A stretch of DNA of 64,000 nucleotides from Eledone cirrhosa. Lineage: Eukaryota. The stretch is from positions 2,976,001 through 3,040,000 of the forward strand of contig OZ024756.1 in NCBI GenBank assembly GCA_964016885.1. The letters are read 5' to 3'. Position numbers and translations under genes: made by a program. Below are positions 33,621-47,913 of the stretch, in pieces. Position 1 is the stretch's first letter. Every line of letters begins with the position of its first letter. The notes beneath the pieces were generated by a model. The model did not search any database and had not been told where the DNA came from. It saw nothing but the letters and a program-made list of their open reading frames with translations.

Positions 33621-33653
<33 letters not shown>

Positions 33654-33908
33654 CACATACATACACACATAGATATATACACACATATACACATATATAT
33701 GTGCGTACACACGAGCACATAAAGACACATATACACATACACATATATATACATACATATACACATATATATACACATACATCTACATACATACATGCAT
33801 ATACACAAACAGAAGCATACACATATGTACACACATATATACATATATGCACATACATACACACACACACACATATATATAGGTACATACACATACATAC
33901 ATATCTAT

Positions 33909-33989
<81 letters not shown>

Positions 33990-34060
33990 CACACATACAT
34001 ATACAAACACACACATACATACATGTACATATACACACATATACACACATACACACATAC

Positions 34061-34113
<53 letters not shown>

Positions 34114-34163
34114 TATATATATATATATACACACACATACAAACATACACACATCCATACATG

Positions 34164-34216
<53 letters not shown>

Positions 34217-34566
34217 CCACATACATATATACCCACACGTACATACATCCATACATCCCTACATACATATATGTGTGTGTCTCACCGTTCACTCAGATAT
34301 TCATGTGTATACATAAGAAGAGGGGGGGGGGGTAGTGAAATGGAATTTTACCTCCGAGTGTTAATTCATTTTTTTGTGTTCAGTAGTGGTTTAAATTTTT
34401 CAATGAAGAATTCTTCTTTATATCTGCGGAAATGTTCGTTATCCGACCATATCTTGAAGAAAGGGAAGATTGTGAATTTTCCCTTCCCGCATGATGCAAA
34501 GTCTGCGCTACATGTGGTATTTCTGACTGTGGGGTCTTTAATCTGTTATTTATGTACCCGGACTCT

Positions 34567-34659
<93 letters not shown>

Positions 34660-34681
34660 CTAATAATACTATTTATAATAT

Positions 34682-34733
34682 AATACTCCGATGACTCCAA
34701 ACGAGAGTTTGGAAGAAACGATTGTCAGCTATT
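34682..34733 (+). ncRNA. Type I hammerhead with CCGATGA core in a ~115-bp (TA)n-flanked fragment
   Basis: AATACT CCGATGA C TCCAAAC-gaga-GTTTGGA A GAAA CGATTG TC AGCTATT. Confidence 0.72.
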
Positions 34734-34767
34734 AAATGATTTGAACACAACTTTGATAATTGTCTAA

Positions 34768-34810
<43 letters not shown>

Positions 34811-34817
<7 letters not shown>

Positions 34818-34998
34818 TTAAAATAAGAGATTAAATTTTAAGCAAGATCCCGTTAAGGGTGAAAGTTGCGGTTCTTTGCTTAAACTTTAATCTGTTATTT
34901 TAATAAATATTTGCTCTAGGGTTCTTATATTTTTGATATATATTTATCCTCATCGAGCCCTCTTTGGATTTTAGTCTTCACATTTATTATTATTACTA
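34811..34998 (+). mobile_element. ~185-bp (TA)n-embedded repeat family with inverted 5' arm; other copies at 41673-41852 and 58224-58397
   Basis: Shared GATCCCGTTAAGGGTGAAAG...TTCTTTGCTTAAACTTTA..CTGTTATTTTAATAAATATTTGCTCTA; the 41.7-kb copy retains CTGAAGA upstream (HHR-like). Confidence 0.8.
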
Positions 34999-35059
34999 TA
35001 TATATATATATATATTGGAATACTGTTAGCTTCTCGCTACAACAATTTCTATACTTTTC

Positions 35060-35122
<63 letters not shown>

Positions 35123-35427
35123 GATGTGCTCATGCATGGAGATGCTATGAAGTGGGTTGAAGACCCTTAAGGACGGAAAAAGTGATTGACCTCGGCCGCT
35201 ACAATCCCACACAAATACACTCACATACACAGAATGACTGAAATAAAGGAAAAAGGCGAGAAAGAAGGACAGAGATAATAATAATTGTTTCTACTTCTGC
35301 CACAAGGCCAGCAATTACCCAGTGCATTACTGGTACCTTATTTTATCGACCCCGTAAGGATGAAAGGCAACGTTAACCTAATTATAATGAAATCCAAACG
35401 TATTAATCAATTAGTTATTACTGAAAT

Positions 35428-35862
35428 TTCTCTCTCTCTTTCTCTCTCTCTCTTTCTTTTCCTCTCACTCTCTCTCTCTTTTTCTCTCTTTCTCTCTCTC
35501 TATATTTATATATCCCTCTCTCTATATATATGCCTCTCTCCTTCACTCTCTCCTCTCACTCCTCTACTTTTCTCTCTCTCTCTCCTCTCTCCTTCTCTCT
35601 CTCCTTCCCTGTCTCTCCTCTCTCTATATCCCCATCCCCCTCTTTTCTTCTCTCTCTCCCTCTCTCCTTCTCTCTCCCCCTCTCTCCTTCTCTCCCTCCC
35701 CTCACGCCCCCTCTTCCTTTCTCCGTCTCACTCCCTCTATCCTTCTCTACCCCTCTACCTCTATCTCTCTCCTCTCCCTCCACTACTATACTCCCCCTAT
35801 CTCACTCCCTCCCTTCTCACCCCCTCTCTCCCCTCCCTCCCACACTATACCCACTCCCCCTT
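35428..35862 (+). repeat. Polypyrimidine (CT-rich) tract; a similar tract lies at 38548-39127
   Basis: Direct reading. Confidence 0.9.
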
Positions 35863-35990
35863 ACCTACTATGTCAACCAGGAACTAATTACTATTATGTA
35901 GCAATTCTCTCTCCTGTCTTCCTCCTTAAATAACTTAATTGACCCAGCATTGACTGACCCTTCTTATTAACCTGCTTCTGTCGTTCCCTT

Positions 35991-36670
35991 TGTTGATGAT
36001 GGTGATGGTGATGATGATGGTGATGGTGATGGTGATGATGGTGATGGTGATGATGATGGTGATGATGATGATGATGGTGATGGTGATGTTGGTGATGGTG
36101 ATGATGATGGTGATGATGATGGTGATGGTGATGGTGATGGTGATGATGGTGATGGTGATGGTGATGATGATGGTGATGATGGTGATGATGATGGTGATGG
36201 TGATGATGATGGTGATGGTGATGATGATGGTGATGGTGATGGTGATGATGGTGATGGTGATGATGATGGTGATGATGATGGTGATGATGATGGTGATGGT
36301 GATGATGGTGATGATGATGATGGTGATGGTGATGATGATGGTGATGGTGATGGTGATGATGGTGATGGTGATGGTGATGGTGATGATGGTGATGATGATG
36401 GTGATGGTGATGATGGTGGTGGTGATGATGATGATGATGATGATGATGGTGATGATGCTGATTATAGGGATGGTGGCGATAATATTGGTAATAACGGCAA
36501 TGATGTCGGTGATGACGATAATGTTTTGTGATGACGACAGTGATGGTGATGGTAACGTTGGTGATTACAATAATATTGGTGACAATATTGGTGGTGACGA
36601 TGACTATGATGATGATGGTGATGATGGTGATGATGATGGTGGTGGTGACGATGACTATGATGATGATGAC
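35991..36670 (+). repeat. (GAT/GGT)n trinucleotide tract
   Basis: Direct reading. Confidence 0.95.
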
Positions 36671-36716
36671 GACATCCTTTGCCACATGAAGTTGGGTCCA
36701 TTTAAGATCAAATCAC

Positions 36717-37360
36717 ACCGAGGTTAGTTTTTGTCTTTTATCATCCTTTCGGGGTCGAAAAAATAAAGTACCAGTAACGTACTGGGGTCGATTTAATCGA
36801 CTATCCCCTCCCCCCAAATTACTGGCCTTGTGCCTACAGTAGAAATCATTTGAAGGGCGGTGGATTAGCAGAATCGGTAGAGCGTTGGGCACCATGTTTT
36901 GTAGTATAGAATTTATACCCTTTACGGTCTGAGTTGAAATCCCACCGAGGTTAGCTTTTGTCTTTTATCCTTACGGGGGTCGCTAAAATAAAGTACCAGT
37001 AATGTACTGGGTTGATTTAATCGAACCCCCCCCCCTCCCCCACTCAAATTACTGGCCTTGTGCCTATACTAGAAATCATTATTGGATTGGCCGTATCGGT
37101 AGGGGTCGGACGCCATGCTTTGCAGCAAAGAGTTACGGCCCTTTATGATCTGAGTTTAAATTCTGCCGAAGTTAACTCTGCCTTTCATGGTTACGGGGTC
37201 GATAAAATAAAGTACCAGTAATACACTGATAATTGCTGGCCTTGTGCTAAAAGTAGAAACAATTATATATGAATAGTTGATGTTGTTGTTGTTGTTGTTT
37301 GGTTACGGGGTCGATAAAATAAAGTACCAGTAATACACTTGTGCCAAAAGTAGAAATAAT
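36717..37360 (+). mobile_element. Tandem array of tRNA-derived SINE units (octopus-type)
   Basis: Repeated TGG..GAATCGGTAGAGCGT...CTGAGTT(C/G)AAATCCC.CCGAGGTTA.CTTTG...GGGGTCGATAAAATAAAGTACCAGT...GGCCTTGTGCC; A/B-box-like motifs. Confidence 0.8.
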
Positions 37361-39289
37361 TATAAATGAATAGTTGTTGTTGTTGTTGTTGTTGTTACTG
37401 TTGTTGTTTTTGTCGATTGTTTGTTTGTTTGTAAACAGATAAACCATAACAAATATTGAAATATGAAACCTAACGCACAAACACACATTTATAAAACACA
37501 CATATACAAGAAAACACTCACATTTATATACACACACATGAGATCAATCACTCATATATATGCAAACACATTCAGAAGAAGACATGATTTTATACACAAT
37601 AGACCCAACACATATCCCAGCAGTACAACTACATACACAGCTACCATCACATAATTAGTTGATCTATAATAATTTACATATACACACACACATATATACC
37701 ACGTTATCACAAAACCTCATAAAGACATACATACATATATACATACATGCAAACATACATGCATACATACATACTGTATATACGTACATATATATACATA
37801 GTTACATGAATACGTACGTACTTACGTACATACGTACGTACTTACGTACATACGTACGTAGATATGTGCGTACATACACACACACATACACAGAAGCAAA
37901 CATTATACATACATGCATACATACATATATAAATTCATACATACATACATACATACGTACATACATATATACATACAAACATACATATATATATATAAAT
38001 AAATAAATACAAACATACATACACACATGCATACATACATATATACACACATACACACATACATACATATATATACACACATACATATATACACAAATAC
38101 ATACATACATACATATATACACACATGCATACATACATATATACACACATACACACATGCATACATGTATATATATATATACACACATTCATATATACAT
38201 ACATACATATATATATATACACACATACATATATACATACATACATATATATATATACACACATACATATATACACAAATACACACATACATACATGTAT
38301 ATATATATATACACACATTCATATATACATACATACATATATATATATACACACATACATATATACATACATACATATATATATATACACACATACATAT
38401 ATACATACATACATATATAGACACCTATACACATACATACATACATACATTAACACACACACTGACATGGACTAACGTCCATCCAGAGTGATTAGCTTAA
38501 GTAGGAAGTGATTACGTGATTGCTAATTACCCCATCTAAATTATCACCCCCTCCCCTCTCTCTCTCTCTTTCTGTATCTCACCCTCTCTCTCTCTTTCTG
38601 TATCTCACCATCTCTCTCTCTCATCCTCTTTAATCCTCTCTTACCTTCTCTCACCCTCTCTCCCTCTCTCAATCTCCCTCTCTTTCATTTCTCACCCTCT
38701 CTCTTTCTCTCTCCCCCTCTCTCTCACTCTCTCTCACTCTGTCTCCCTCCCTCTCCCTCTCTCTCCCTCTCTCTCCCTCTCTCTCCCTCTCTCTCCCTCT
38801 CTCACCCTCTCTGTCCCTCCCTCACCCTCGCTTACCCTCTTTCGCACTCTATATCCCCCTCTCTAAATCCCTCTCTCTCCTTCTCTCATCCTCTCTCATC
38901 CCCCACTCACACTCTCACGCTCTCTCTCTCCCCCTTTCTCCGTCCCTCTCTCTCCTTCTCTCATCCTCTCTCACCCACTCACCCTCTCACACTCTATCTC
39001 ACCCTCTCTGCTATCTCCCCCACTCTCCGTCCCTCTCTCACCCTCTCCCCCTCTCTCTATATCTCTCCACCATTGCTCTCTACTCTTCTTTCTATCTCGG
39101 TCTCATACATTCTAAGCCCTTCTCTTTATGATTAACAGAATTATAATCCTACAATTTCCACGTATGTATCCCTTGTTCTGGTCCTTTCACGGTAGCCTCA
39201 CCCCTCGTCCTCTTACTTGGCTCGCAGTAGCCAGTAGCTGTGGACAGCTGCCAAAACATGTACAAAATAGTCTCCTCATATAGATCATT

Positions 39290-39472
39290 AATTGTTTCTT
39301 CATTAGGCACAAGGCCAGCAATTAACCAGTGCATTACTGGTACTTTATTTTATCGACCCCGTAAGGATGAAAGGCAAAGCTAACCTCGGCAGGATTTGAA
39401 CTCAGACCGTAAAGGGACATAACTATGCTGGAAAGCATGGCGTCCGACCCTCTACCGATACTGCCAATCCAC
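39290..39472 (-). mobile_element. tRNA-derived SINE; further minus-strand copies or fragments at ~35286-35378, 46312-46462, 46825-46925, 48997-49160, 54700-55020, 56812-56899 and 57626-57802
   Basis: Reverse complement of the same consensus (ACTGGTACTTTATTTTATCGACCCCGTAAGGATGAAAGGCAAAG.TAACCTCGGC.GGATTTGAACTCAGA). Confidence 0.82.
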
Positions 39473-39738
39473 CAGATCATTAATACCCCGAAAGCAGATT
39501 ATCAACTCCCAACTATTTGCCGCTTGTAAAGTTGCTCAAATCGTTAGTTATTTCCACTGATTAATGTGCTTATAGTTGAGCCTTGCTACCACCATTAACA
39601 TCTGCGAGAGGCCGTCGAATTAGGGGTCTCAGTTCACTCTACAAGGTGACAGGATACACGGTATTCAGAACCAAGGAAACAGTGAGACCCCCAAACTGAT
39701 ATTGTAAGGAACACACCCACCTTATATCTAAAAAGAAA

Positions 39739-39739
<1 letters not shown>

Positions 39740-39769
<30 letters not shown>

Positions 39770-40110
39770 CTTCTTCTTCTTCTTCTTCTTCTTCTTCTTC
39801 TTCTTCTTCTTCTTCTTCTTCTTCTTCGCCCTCATATTCCTGAAAAGGTGTCGTGTGGGCAGAGTCCTCAATCCCTCCCTCCAGCGGGTCCTGTCAGAAG
39901 CAACCGTCTCCAACTGATCCGGCTGGATCCCTTAGCGTGACCAGCCAAGCTCATGGATGTTATCCAATCATCTTGCTCAGGTCTACCCCTGGGTATCCAG
40001 CTTATATTTATGCCCCAATATTTGTGCAAAACGACAAATATGACACTCAGTGGTATCAGCCAGGATGTTCACCCCTGGGTCATTATCATAGCTCTGTTAG
40101 CAAGAGCTAC
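39740..40110 (-). mobile_element. RTE-like LINE 3' fragment with (GAA)n tail
   Basis: ETVASDRTRWREGLRTLP C-terminus followed directly by the (GAA)n tract at 39740-39827. Confidence 0.65.
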
Positions 40111-40535
40111 ATGTCTTGAGGAGGTAAAGTAGTGTATAAGAGAAGGCAGTGGAGAACAGCAACGGTCATAATTCTAAAAATGATATGGAGCGGCAGGTAA
40201 TAAAAAGGGAGGTAAGTCATAAAAATGGCGACCAGAAACATTGGAACATCTTTGTGTGAGCAGCAGAACATTAAAGAAGAGAAAGGAAAACTACTCGTGG
40301 GTGTATTAGGGGGGGGGGGGGGATAGGTAGGAAAACATAAAAATAAATAAATTAATAAATAAATTAATAAATTATTTAATTAAGTAATTGATAGAGTGAC
40401 ATTTTTCATAGGTATTTTATCGCTACATAAAGGTAGCTGCAATAGAGTACGTTGGAATTTTCATAACTCACCCGATTCAAAATATGTTAGCGTGTGTCTT
40501 TGTGTGTATTAGAGATCATTAAGAGAATTGACTTA

Positions 40536-40950
40536 GTGGATTGGCAGTATCGGCAGTGCGCCGGACAATATGTTTTGCGGCATAGAGTTAGGCCCATTAC
40601 TTTCTGAGTTCAAATCCCGCCGGGGTTAGCATTTCCTTTCATCCTTACGGGCTCGATAAAATAAGGCACCAGTAATGCACAGGGGTCGATTTAATCGACT
40701 TTTCCCTCCCCCAAAATTGCTGGCCTTGTGCTTATAGTAGAAACCATTATTCTTACAGTATTGGTAGAGGGTCGGACACCATGCTTTCCAGAATAGAGTT
40801 ACGTCCCTTTATGATCTGAGTTCAAATCCCGCCGAGGTTAGCTTTGCCTTTCATCCTTACGGGGTCGATAAAATAAAGTACCAGTAACACAGTGAAGTCG
40901 ATTTAATCGACTTTCCCCTCCCTTCAAATTATTGGCCTTGTGCCTAAATC
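40536..40950 (+). mobile_element. Dimer of tRNA-derived SINE; further plus-strand copies at ~43158-43340, 48489-48675 and 63520-64000
   Basis: B box GAGTTCAAATCCC twice; same body consensus. Confidence 0.82.
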
Positions 40951-41227
40951 AAAAATCACTATGAGATCTGGCTCAAAGATTGAGTCATGGGTTACCCCGT
41001 ATGTGTCTAGTCAGGTTAAATAAAAATTGTGTCATTATATCTTGTTTCAATTATTTCTCTCATTCTATAATCTATTTATTTATTTCCCTGTATTTACTCT
41101 ATACTTCTTAGATATATTTATAAAGTCAGAAAGAAATACTCTATAAAGTTTTTGCCATTGTCCTGAATTTTCTGTATTTTGATTTTCTAGACAGCATACA
41201 TTGGTAGCTCCCAGCTATAGATATATA

Positions 41228-41402
41228 CGAGGGCAATCCCAAAGTAAGGACTCCTTCCGATATTGCAACTTTTCCGTTAAAATCCTGTGGATGGTGCTTC
41301 GGGAAACCTCAGGAACAAAAATGCAGAGAGCATCCAGAGTGATCCGCCGATCTTTACGCATGTTTTTTTCGGAAGGAGACCTTACTTTTGGGATTGCCCT
41401 CG
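41228..41402. mobile_element. Tc1/mariner-type MITE, with an additional right end at 41405-41618
   Basis: TA-flanked ~33-bp TIRs CGAGGGCAATCCCAAAGTAAGGACTCCTTCCGA / TCGGAAGGAGACCTTACTTTTGGGATTGCCCTCG; third TIR at 41591-41618. Confidence 0.82.
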
Positions 41403-41617
41403 TATATAATAACTGCGCGAAATTTGCACTTGGCGGTAGCGTTCAACGGGAGCTCCATTCTCAATGGCTGTCAAGCCAAGATTGAGCATCCCAGCGAAGC
41501 GCGCGCATGCTTGGTTGGGAGTGAAGAAATCACCAATCACAACAGTGTTAACAACAGCCGTACGAAGCTTCTCTGCGTCCCCATCGCTTTGGAGACCTTA
41601 CTTTTGGGATTACCCTC

Positions 41618-41681
<64 letters not shown>

Positions 41682-41860
41682 TAAAATAACAGATTAAAGT
41701 TCATCTGAAGATCCAGTTAAGGGTGAAAGCAGCGGTTCTTTGCTTAAACTTTAATCTGTTATTTTAATAAATATTTGCTCTAGGGTTCTTATATATTTAT
41801 CCTTATCGAGCGGTCTTTGCATTTTAGTCTTCATATTTATTATTATTACTATATATATAT

Positions 41861-42537
<677 letters not shown>

Positions 42538-42994
42538 TTGTATATATATATGTATATATATATATTTCAACTTACGTAATATTATGTGAAATAACTGTGT
42601 TGAGACAGTTATTAATATAACTGATAATACGGAAGGGAAAATTTCAGATTGTGATCTCGAAGGAACTGAAGAGATCTAGATCTTTATGTAGGTTACAGAG
42701 TACAAGTTTAGATAAAAATCATTAAGAGATTCCAGCCGACAATATCTGCATTGATTGATTATAGTAATTAGCTCCTAAACATGCAGACATGATTTAAAAT
42801 ATAATTATTAAAACAGCAATTTGCACACTAATTGGTGTAAAATTTCTTGATGTCTGCGCTAAGGATTGAAACTTAATTAATAGAGTTGTATGTCGAACCA
42901 GCCTGCCCTTACTATGTGGTTTTTAGATTTGCTAGAAATAGTCGGAGAATCTTCCCTTAAATCACATACCTGGACTATATTATCATATATAAAA

Positions 42995-43152
42995 GCAGCG
43001 TGGCCGAATGGTTAAGCAGTTCGCTTCACTATCTTAAGTTTCTGGGTTCTATCCCATTGTTGGACAGCTTGATTAAATGTTATTTGTCATAGCCTTGGGT
43101 TAATCCAAGCTTTGTGAGTGAAATTTCGCAGACGGAAACTGTTTAGAAGTCC
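42995..43152 (+). mobile_element. Second tRNA-derived SINE family
   Basis: A box TGGCCGAATGG, B box GGTTCTATCCC, tail GTGAGTGAAATTT..CAGACGGAAACTG. Confidence 0.65.
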
Positions 43153-43810
43153 GGTATATTGGCAGTGTCGGTAGAGAGTCTGACGCCTGCTTTGCAGCAA
43201 AGAGTTACGGTCCTTTATGGCCTGAGTTCAAATCTCGCCGAGGTTAACTTTGCCTTTCATCCTTATGGGGTCGATAAAATAAAGTACCAGTAATACACTG
43301 GGATAATTGCTGGCTTTGTGCCAAAAGTACAAATAATTATTAAAAAGGCCAACTTTCTCGAGCAATGTCTTGCTGAATTTCCTTTAAAATTACGTTAAGG
43401 AGACACGTGTCTGTGGAACGTTCGAGCACTTCAACGTTAATTTCATGAGCAGGTTCTTCCGGTAATCTGAAATCCAGAACACTCATCGTGGAAGCCGACG
43501 AAGATCCATCTATTTGATGTTTAGTATTAAATAAGGACACGACACATTAGGACAACGTAATCTTACATGTCCCTAAAAATCCCTAGAACACTTATAGCTG
43601 TAATATCTGTAATGATAGGATTGCTGGGTTAGGGTTTACTAAGGGTAAACAACTGCACTAACATATGTGTTTTGTTAGATTCACAAGTGGCGACGAGAAT
43701 TAGGGTACTATTCCGGAGCCTGGATGTTCAACGTTTCGTATCTCATCAAAGCTACTGGCTTTGTCGTATCTACCCAGCTGTAAATTCGACAATGGAAGAC
43801 ACACACACGC

Positions 43811-43901
<91 letters not shown>

Positions 43902-44648
43902 CTAAAGTACCGTGTTTCGTGTACCAGCAAAAGACATGAAAAAAAAAACCTCTGGCATTGTAAAACAATTGACAATTATTTCATAAATTTACAATACTCA
44001 ACTGGAAAGCAAGCGAGGCGCTTGTAGAAAAGAGAAAGAGAAGGAGGTTTTCGGGAAGATGGACGTCAACGATGCCTGTAATAGGTCACGGAACATTACA
44101 ATTTAGTTTTATCGAGTAAAACCATTGCTAACGTAGACAGGGGCACAACTCTGCTCTGTCGTCTTCTAAAGAAAACTGTTGAAACATTTAGTGATATATC
44201 CAGGATAACCCACCAACCCCGTCGTAATAATAATAATAATAATAATATAGATAAAAAATACATTTTTTTTTAAATGCTCCGAAAGATTATTAAAAAATTA
44301 TTAAGGGACTAGAAAATATAAATATAAATGTTTCATTTAATATGTCTAGATGAAAATATCATCAGCTTTTAGTGTGTGTTTTATTATGGTGTTGTGTTAT
44401 GTCTTTGAAAGTAATATTAAGAGAACTGCGGTTCCCAGATAAAGATTCCCGTGGGTCAAAAGATGATTCTTCGTTCAGTGGTTTGATTACAATCACGGTT
44501 ATATGTAACACACATGTAGACAGACAGAAACACATGTACACACACACACACATGTAGATACATACGCACACTCTCGCACATATACACATGAGTGTAGACA
44601 TGTGTATAATGTTATGACTGTGTGCATGAATATGTATGTATATATATA

Positions 44649-44708
<60 letters not shown>

Positions 44709-44871
44709 CATATATATATGTATATATGTGTGTGCGTGTGTGTGTGTGTGTGTGTGTATATACATATATATATATATGTATGGTATATGTATGTATATGG
44801 ATACACAAACACTCGCACATATATGTGAGTGTAGACATGTGTATAATCTTATGACTGTGCGCATAAATATG

Positions 44872-44919
<48 letters not shown>

Positions 44920-45298
44920 AGAGAGAGGGGGGAATAGATGGAGCGTGTGATTATATATGTAAATGTTTGTATGATTTGACTGAACTTCTTATCTCCCTTG
45001 TCGGCCAACTGTCTACAGCTATCAGAGAGAAAACATTTTATTTTATTTTAATACTTCTTTCTTATATCGTTTTCCATAGGTTTCGGTTTTTAAAGGTCGG
45101 AATAACTAAGTAGAGACAGTCAATATAGGCATGTATGAAATACTTAGTGGTGTGAGGGCTGCGGCGTTTAGCTTCGAATTTCAAATATCGATTATCGTAT
45201 TATTTGTACATCCGTTTACAGTGTAGACTCTAAGGGATCAGTCAATCAGTTTCTAATTTAAGGAATTTGGGGAGAATAAGTCGATTATATCGTTGTAC

Positions 45299-45950
45299 GT
45301 AAGAGGAGAGTAAGATTTTCTGGCCACTGCCATCGTGCTACCTATGAAGCTGTGTTCCCATTAGTGCTATAGAAACCACAAGCAGTCACTAATAACAAGG
45401 GACACAAGCCCTCCTATCCTGATTTGCTGGCCCCTGCCATCGTGCCACCTACCAGGCTGTCTCTCCATCAGTGCTTTGGAAACCACAAGCAGTCACTAAT
45501 AACAGGGGGCACAAGCTCTCCTATCCTGATTTGCTGGCCACTGCCATCGTACCACCTATGAGGATGTGTCTCCATTAGGGCTTTGGAAATCACAAGCAGT
45601 CACTAAACAAGCCCTCCTATCCTGATTTGCTGGCCCCTGCCACCGTACCACCTATGATGATGTGTCCCCATTAGTGCTTTGGAAACTACAAGCAGTCACT
45701 AAACAAGCTCTCCTATCCTGATTTGCTGGCCCCTGCCACCATACCACCTATGAGAATGTGTCCCCATTAGTGCTTTGGAAAGCACAAGCAGTCACTAATA
45801 ACAGGGGGCGCAAGCTCTCCTACCCTGATGTTATCTCCAGAGATTCTGGTGTTGAAATCCAGGACTTGGCAACGGCAATGATCGACAGACCCACGGGGAG
45901 ATCAATTGTTGAGTCAATTTCAGCTAAGGGCCCCCTCGATGATGATGATG
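45299..45950 (+). mobile_element. RTE 3' end whose coding segment is tandemly amplified five times (96-107 bp units), with (GAT)n tail
   Basis: Units start CTGGCC(A/C)CTGCCA at ~45320, 45427, 45534, 45630 and 45726; the last reads SPLVLWK..RGRKLSYPDVISRDSG..DLATAMIDR, then GATGATGATGAT. Confidence 0.85.
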
Positions 45951-46290
45951 TTATCTGCTCCAGTAGGGATGATTTCATCACCAACAAAAAATTTCGTCAA
46001 TGAATCTACCAACAACGTGTGTCTAACGTCATGTACAAACGTCGACTTGGCTGGTTGGGATACGTCACCCGACTCCCAAGACAGAGACATACTAACCAGG
46101 TCTTCTATTTGTACTGCAATGCAAGAAGAGGCGAAGAGGAGGTTCCAAGATGAACGGGTGGCAGACACTAGCAGGGACCTGAAACCCATCAATAAAAGTT
46201 AGAACGATGTCTTGATGGATACAACTGAGTGGGGTTATTGGAGCTCCATGTCTGGCTCATCTGTCTCAAGACGCGGGAGCCTCTAAGTCT
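45951..46290 (+). mobile_element. Decayed RTE 3' fragment
   Basis: KRRLGWLGYVTRLPRQRHTNQVFY reading. Confidence 0.6.
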
Positions 46291-46498
46291 AAGGAATGTT
46301 TCTGAATTAGTCCAGTGCATTACTGGTACTTTATTTTATCGACCCTGTAAGGATGAAAGGCAAAGCTAACCTCGGCAGGATTTGAACTCAGAACATAAAG
46401 GACCATGACACTATGCTGAAAAGCATGGGGTCTTGCGCTCTACCGATTCTGCCAAAATACCGCCCTTCTCTAAGTCTAAGTAAGGAAGTATGTAAGGA

Positions 46499-46822
46499 AG
46501 TGAGTGAGTGAGTGAGTGAGTTAATGAATGAGTGAGTGAGTGAGTGAGTGAGTTAATGAGTGTGTGAGTGAGAGTGAGTTATTGAGTGAGTGAGTCAGTG
46601 AGTGAGGGAGTGAGTGAGTGAGTAAGTTAGTGTGTGAGTGAGTGTGTGAGTGAGTCAGTGTGTGAGTGAGTGATTGGCTGAGTGAGTGGCTGGCTGAGTG
46701 AGTGAGTGAGTGGCTGGCTGAGTGAGTGAGTGAGTGAGTGAGTGAGTGAGTGAGTGAGTGAGTGAGTGAGTGAGTGAGTGATTGGCTGAGTGAGTGAGTG
46801 AGGGGCTGAGTGAGTGAGTGAG
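46499..46822 (+). repeat. (GTGA)n microsatellite
   Basis: Direct reading. Confidence 0.95.
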
Positions 46823-47078
46823 GGACCAGTACTTTATTCTATCGACCCTGTAAGGATGAAAGGCAAAGCTAACACCGGCTGGATTTGAACTCAGAACTAA
46901 AAGGGCTGTAACTAAATGCTGCCAAGTGTAGTGGAGTCTGTAGTGAGTGTAACGTACAGCACTGCTCCATCGTCTTGCAATGATGTCGGGGAGATGGATG
47001 ATAAACATAGGTGTTAAAACAGGAGTGAGAACAGCCAAACATAGGGAAAGGCCCACCAAAGCTAGAAAAGCGTAAAGA

Positions 47079-47490
47079 AAGGTATGGAAGTGTCGAATGA
47101 TAGATTATTGGTGACAATTATACTAAAGGCGGTGCTCCAGCATGGTCTCATGCTTTCGGCTGTAACACGAGATAGAAATAGAAATTTGGAATAATAGTCT
47201 GTCTATTATTTGGCCCTAATCCTGCACATCATTTATATCTTGTAGCTGTGTGTGAAGGAATCGAACCACCAGCCGAGACCTATTGTGACCCCTCTATCTT
47301 CACTGAGAGTTAGACTTATAGCTAGAAGATATAAATGATGTGCAGGATTAGGGTCTAATAATAAACAGACTATTATTCTAATTTCAATTTCTATCTCCTG
47401 TTCCAACCGAAAGGGGGAGGCCATGCTGTGGCACCATCTTTAGTATCATTTTCACCAATAATCTATCATCTTTCGAAACATGCTTACCTA
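47079..47490. repeat. Long imperfect inverted repeat (~170-bp arms, ~70-bp spacer)
   Basis: GATAGATTATTGGTGA..CCCTAATCCTGCACATCATTTATATCTT is mirrored by AAGATATAAATGATGTGCAGGATTAGGG..TCACCAATAATCTATC. Confidence 0.85.
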
Positions 47491-47715
47491 GAGGAGGCGG
47501 GATCCTGCTTACGTCGTCATAGTAAAATTGCTTGGTAGAACCTTTGGATGTATCAGGTTCCAAGATGTAAAAACTGAGTCGTGGCGTGCTCTGACCCAAC
47601 TTTAATGGCGGCTGCTCAACTTGTGTAAGTGGGATGCACTTAGTTGTCTCGAGTGGGTTTTTTTTTAATGAATAGTTATCTAGTGACATTGTGTTTATAT
47701 ATGTATACAGTTATT

Positions 47716-47756
<41 letters not shown>

Positions 47757-47872
47757 TAGTAAAAAGTAAAGAAAATGGTGACAAATTTTTCACTGGGAAA
47801 AATTTGTCAACATTTTCTTTTCCTTTTTACTAATATATCCCAACTCGTGTGTTACACCTCTATTTAAAAAAA

Positions 47873-47912
<40 letters not shown>

Positions 47913-47913
<1 letters not shown>

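Noticed and set aside
42995-43065. tRNA gene
   Set aside because: A/B boxes are present but there is no proper cloverleaf, and the sequence continues into a SINE body
45906-46202. 98-aa ORF as a host exon
   Set aside because: Another frame gives an RTE C-terminal motif (RRLGWLGYVTR), so this is a decayed LINE
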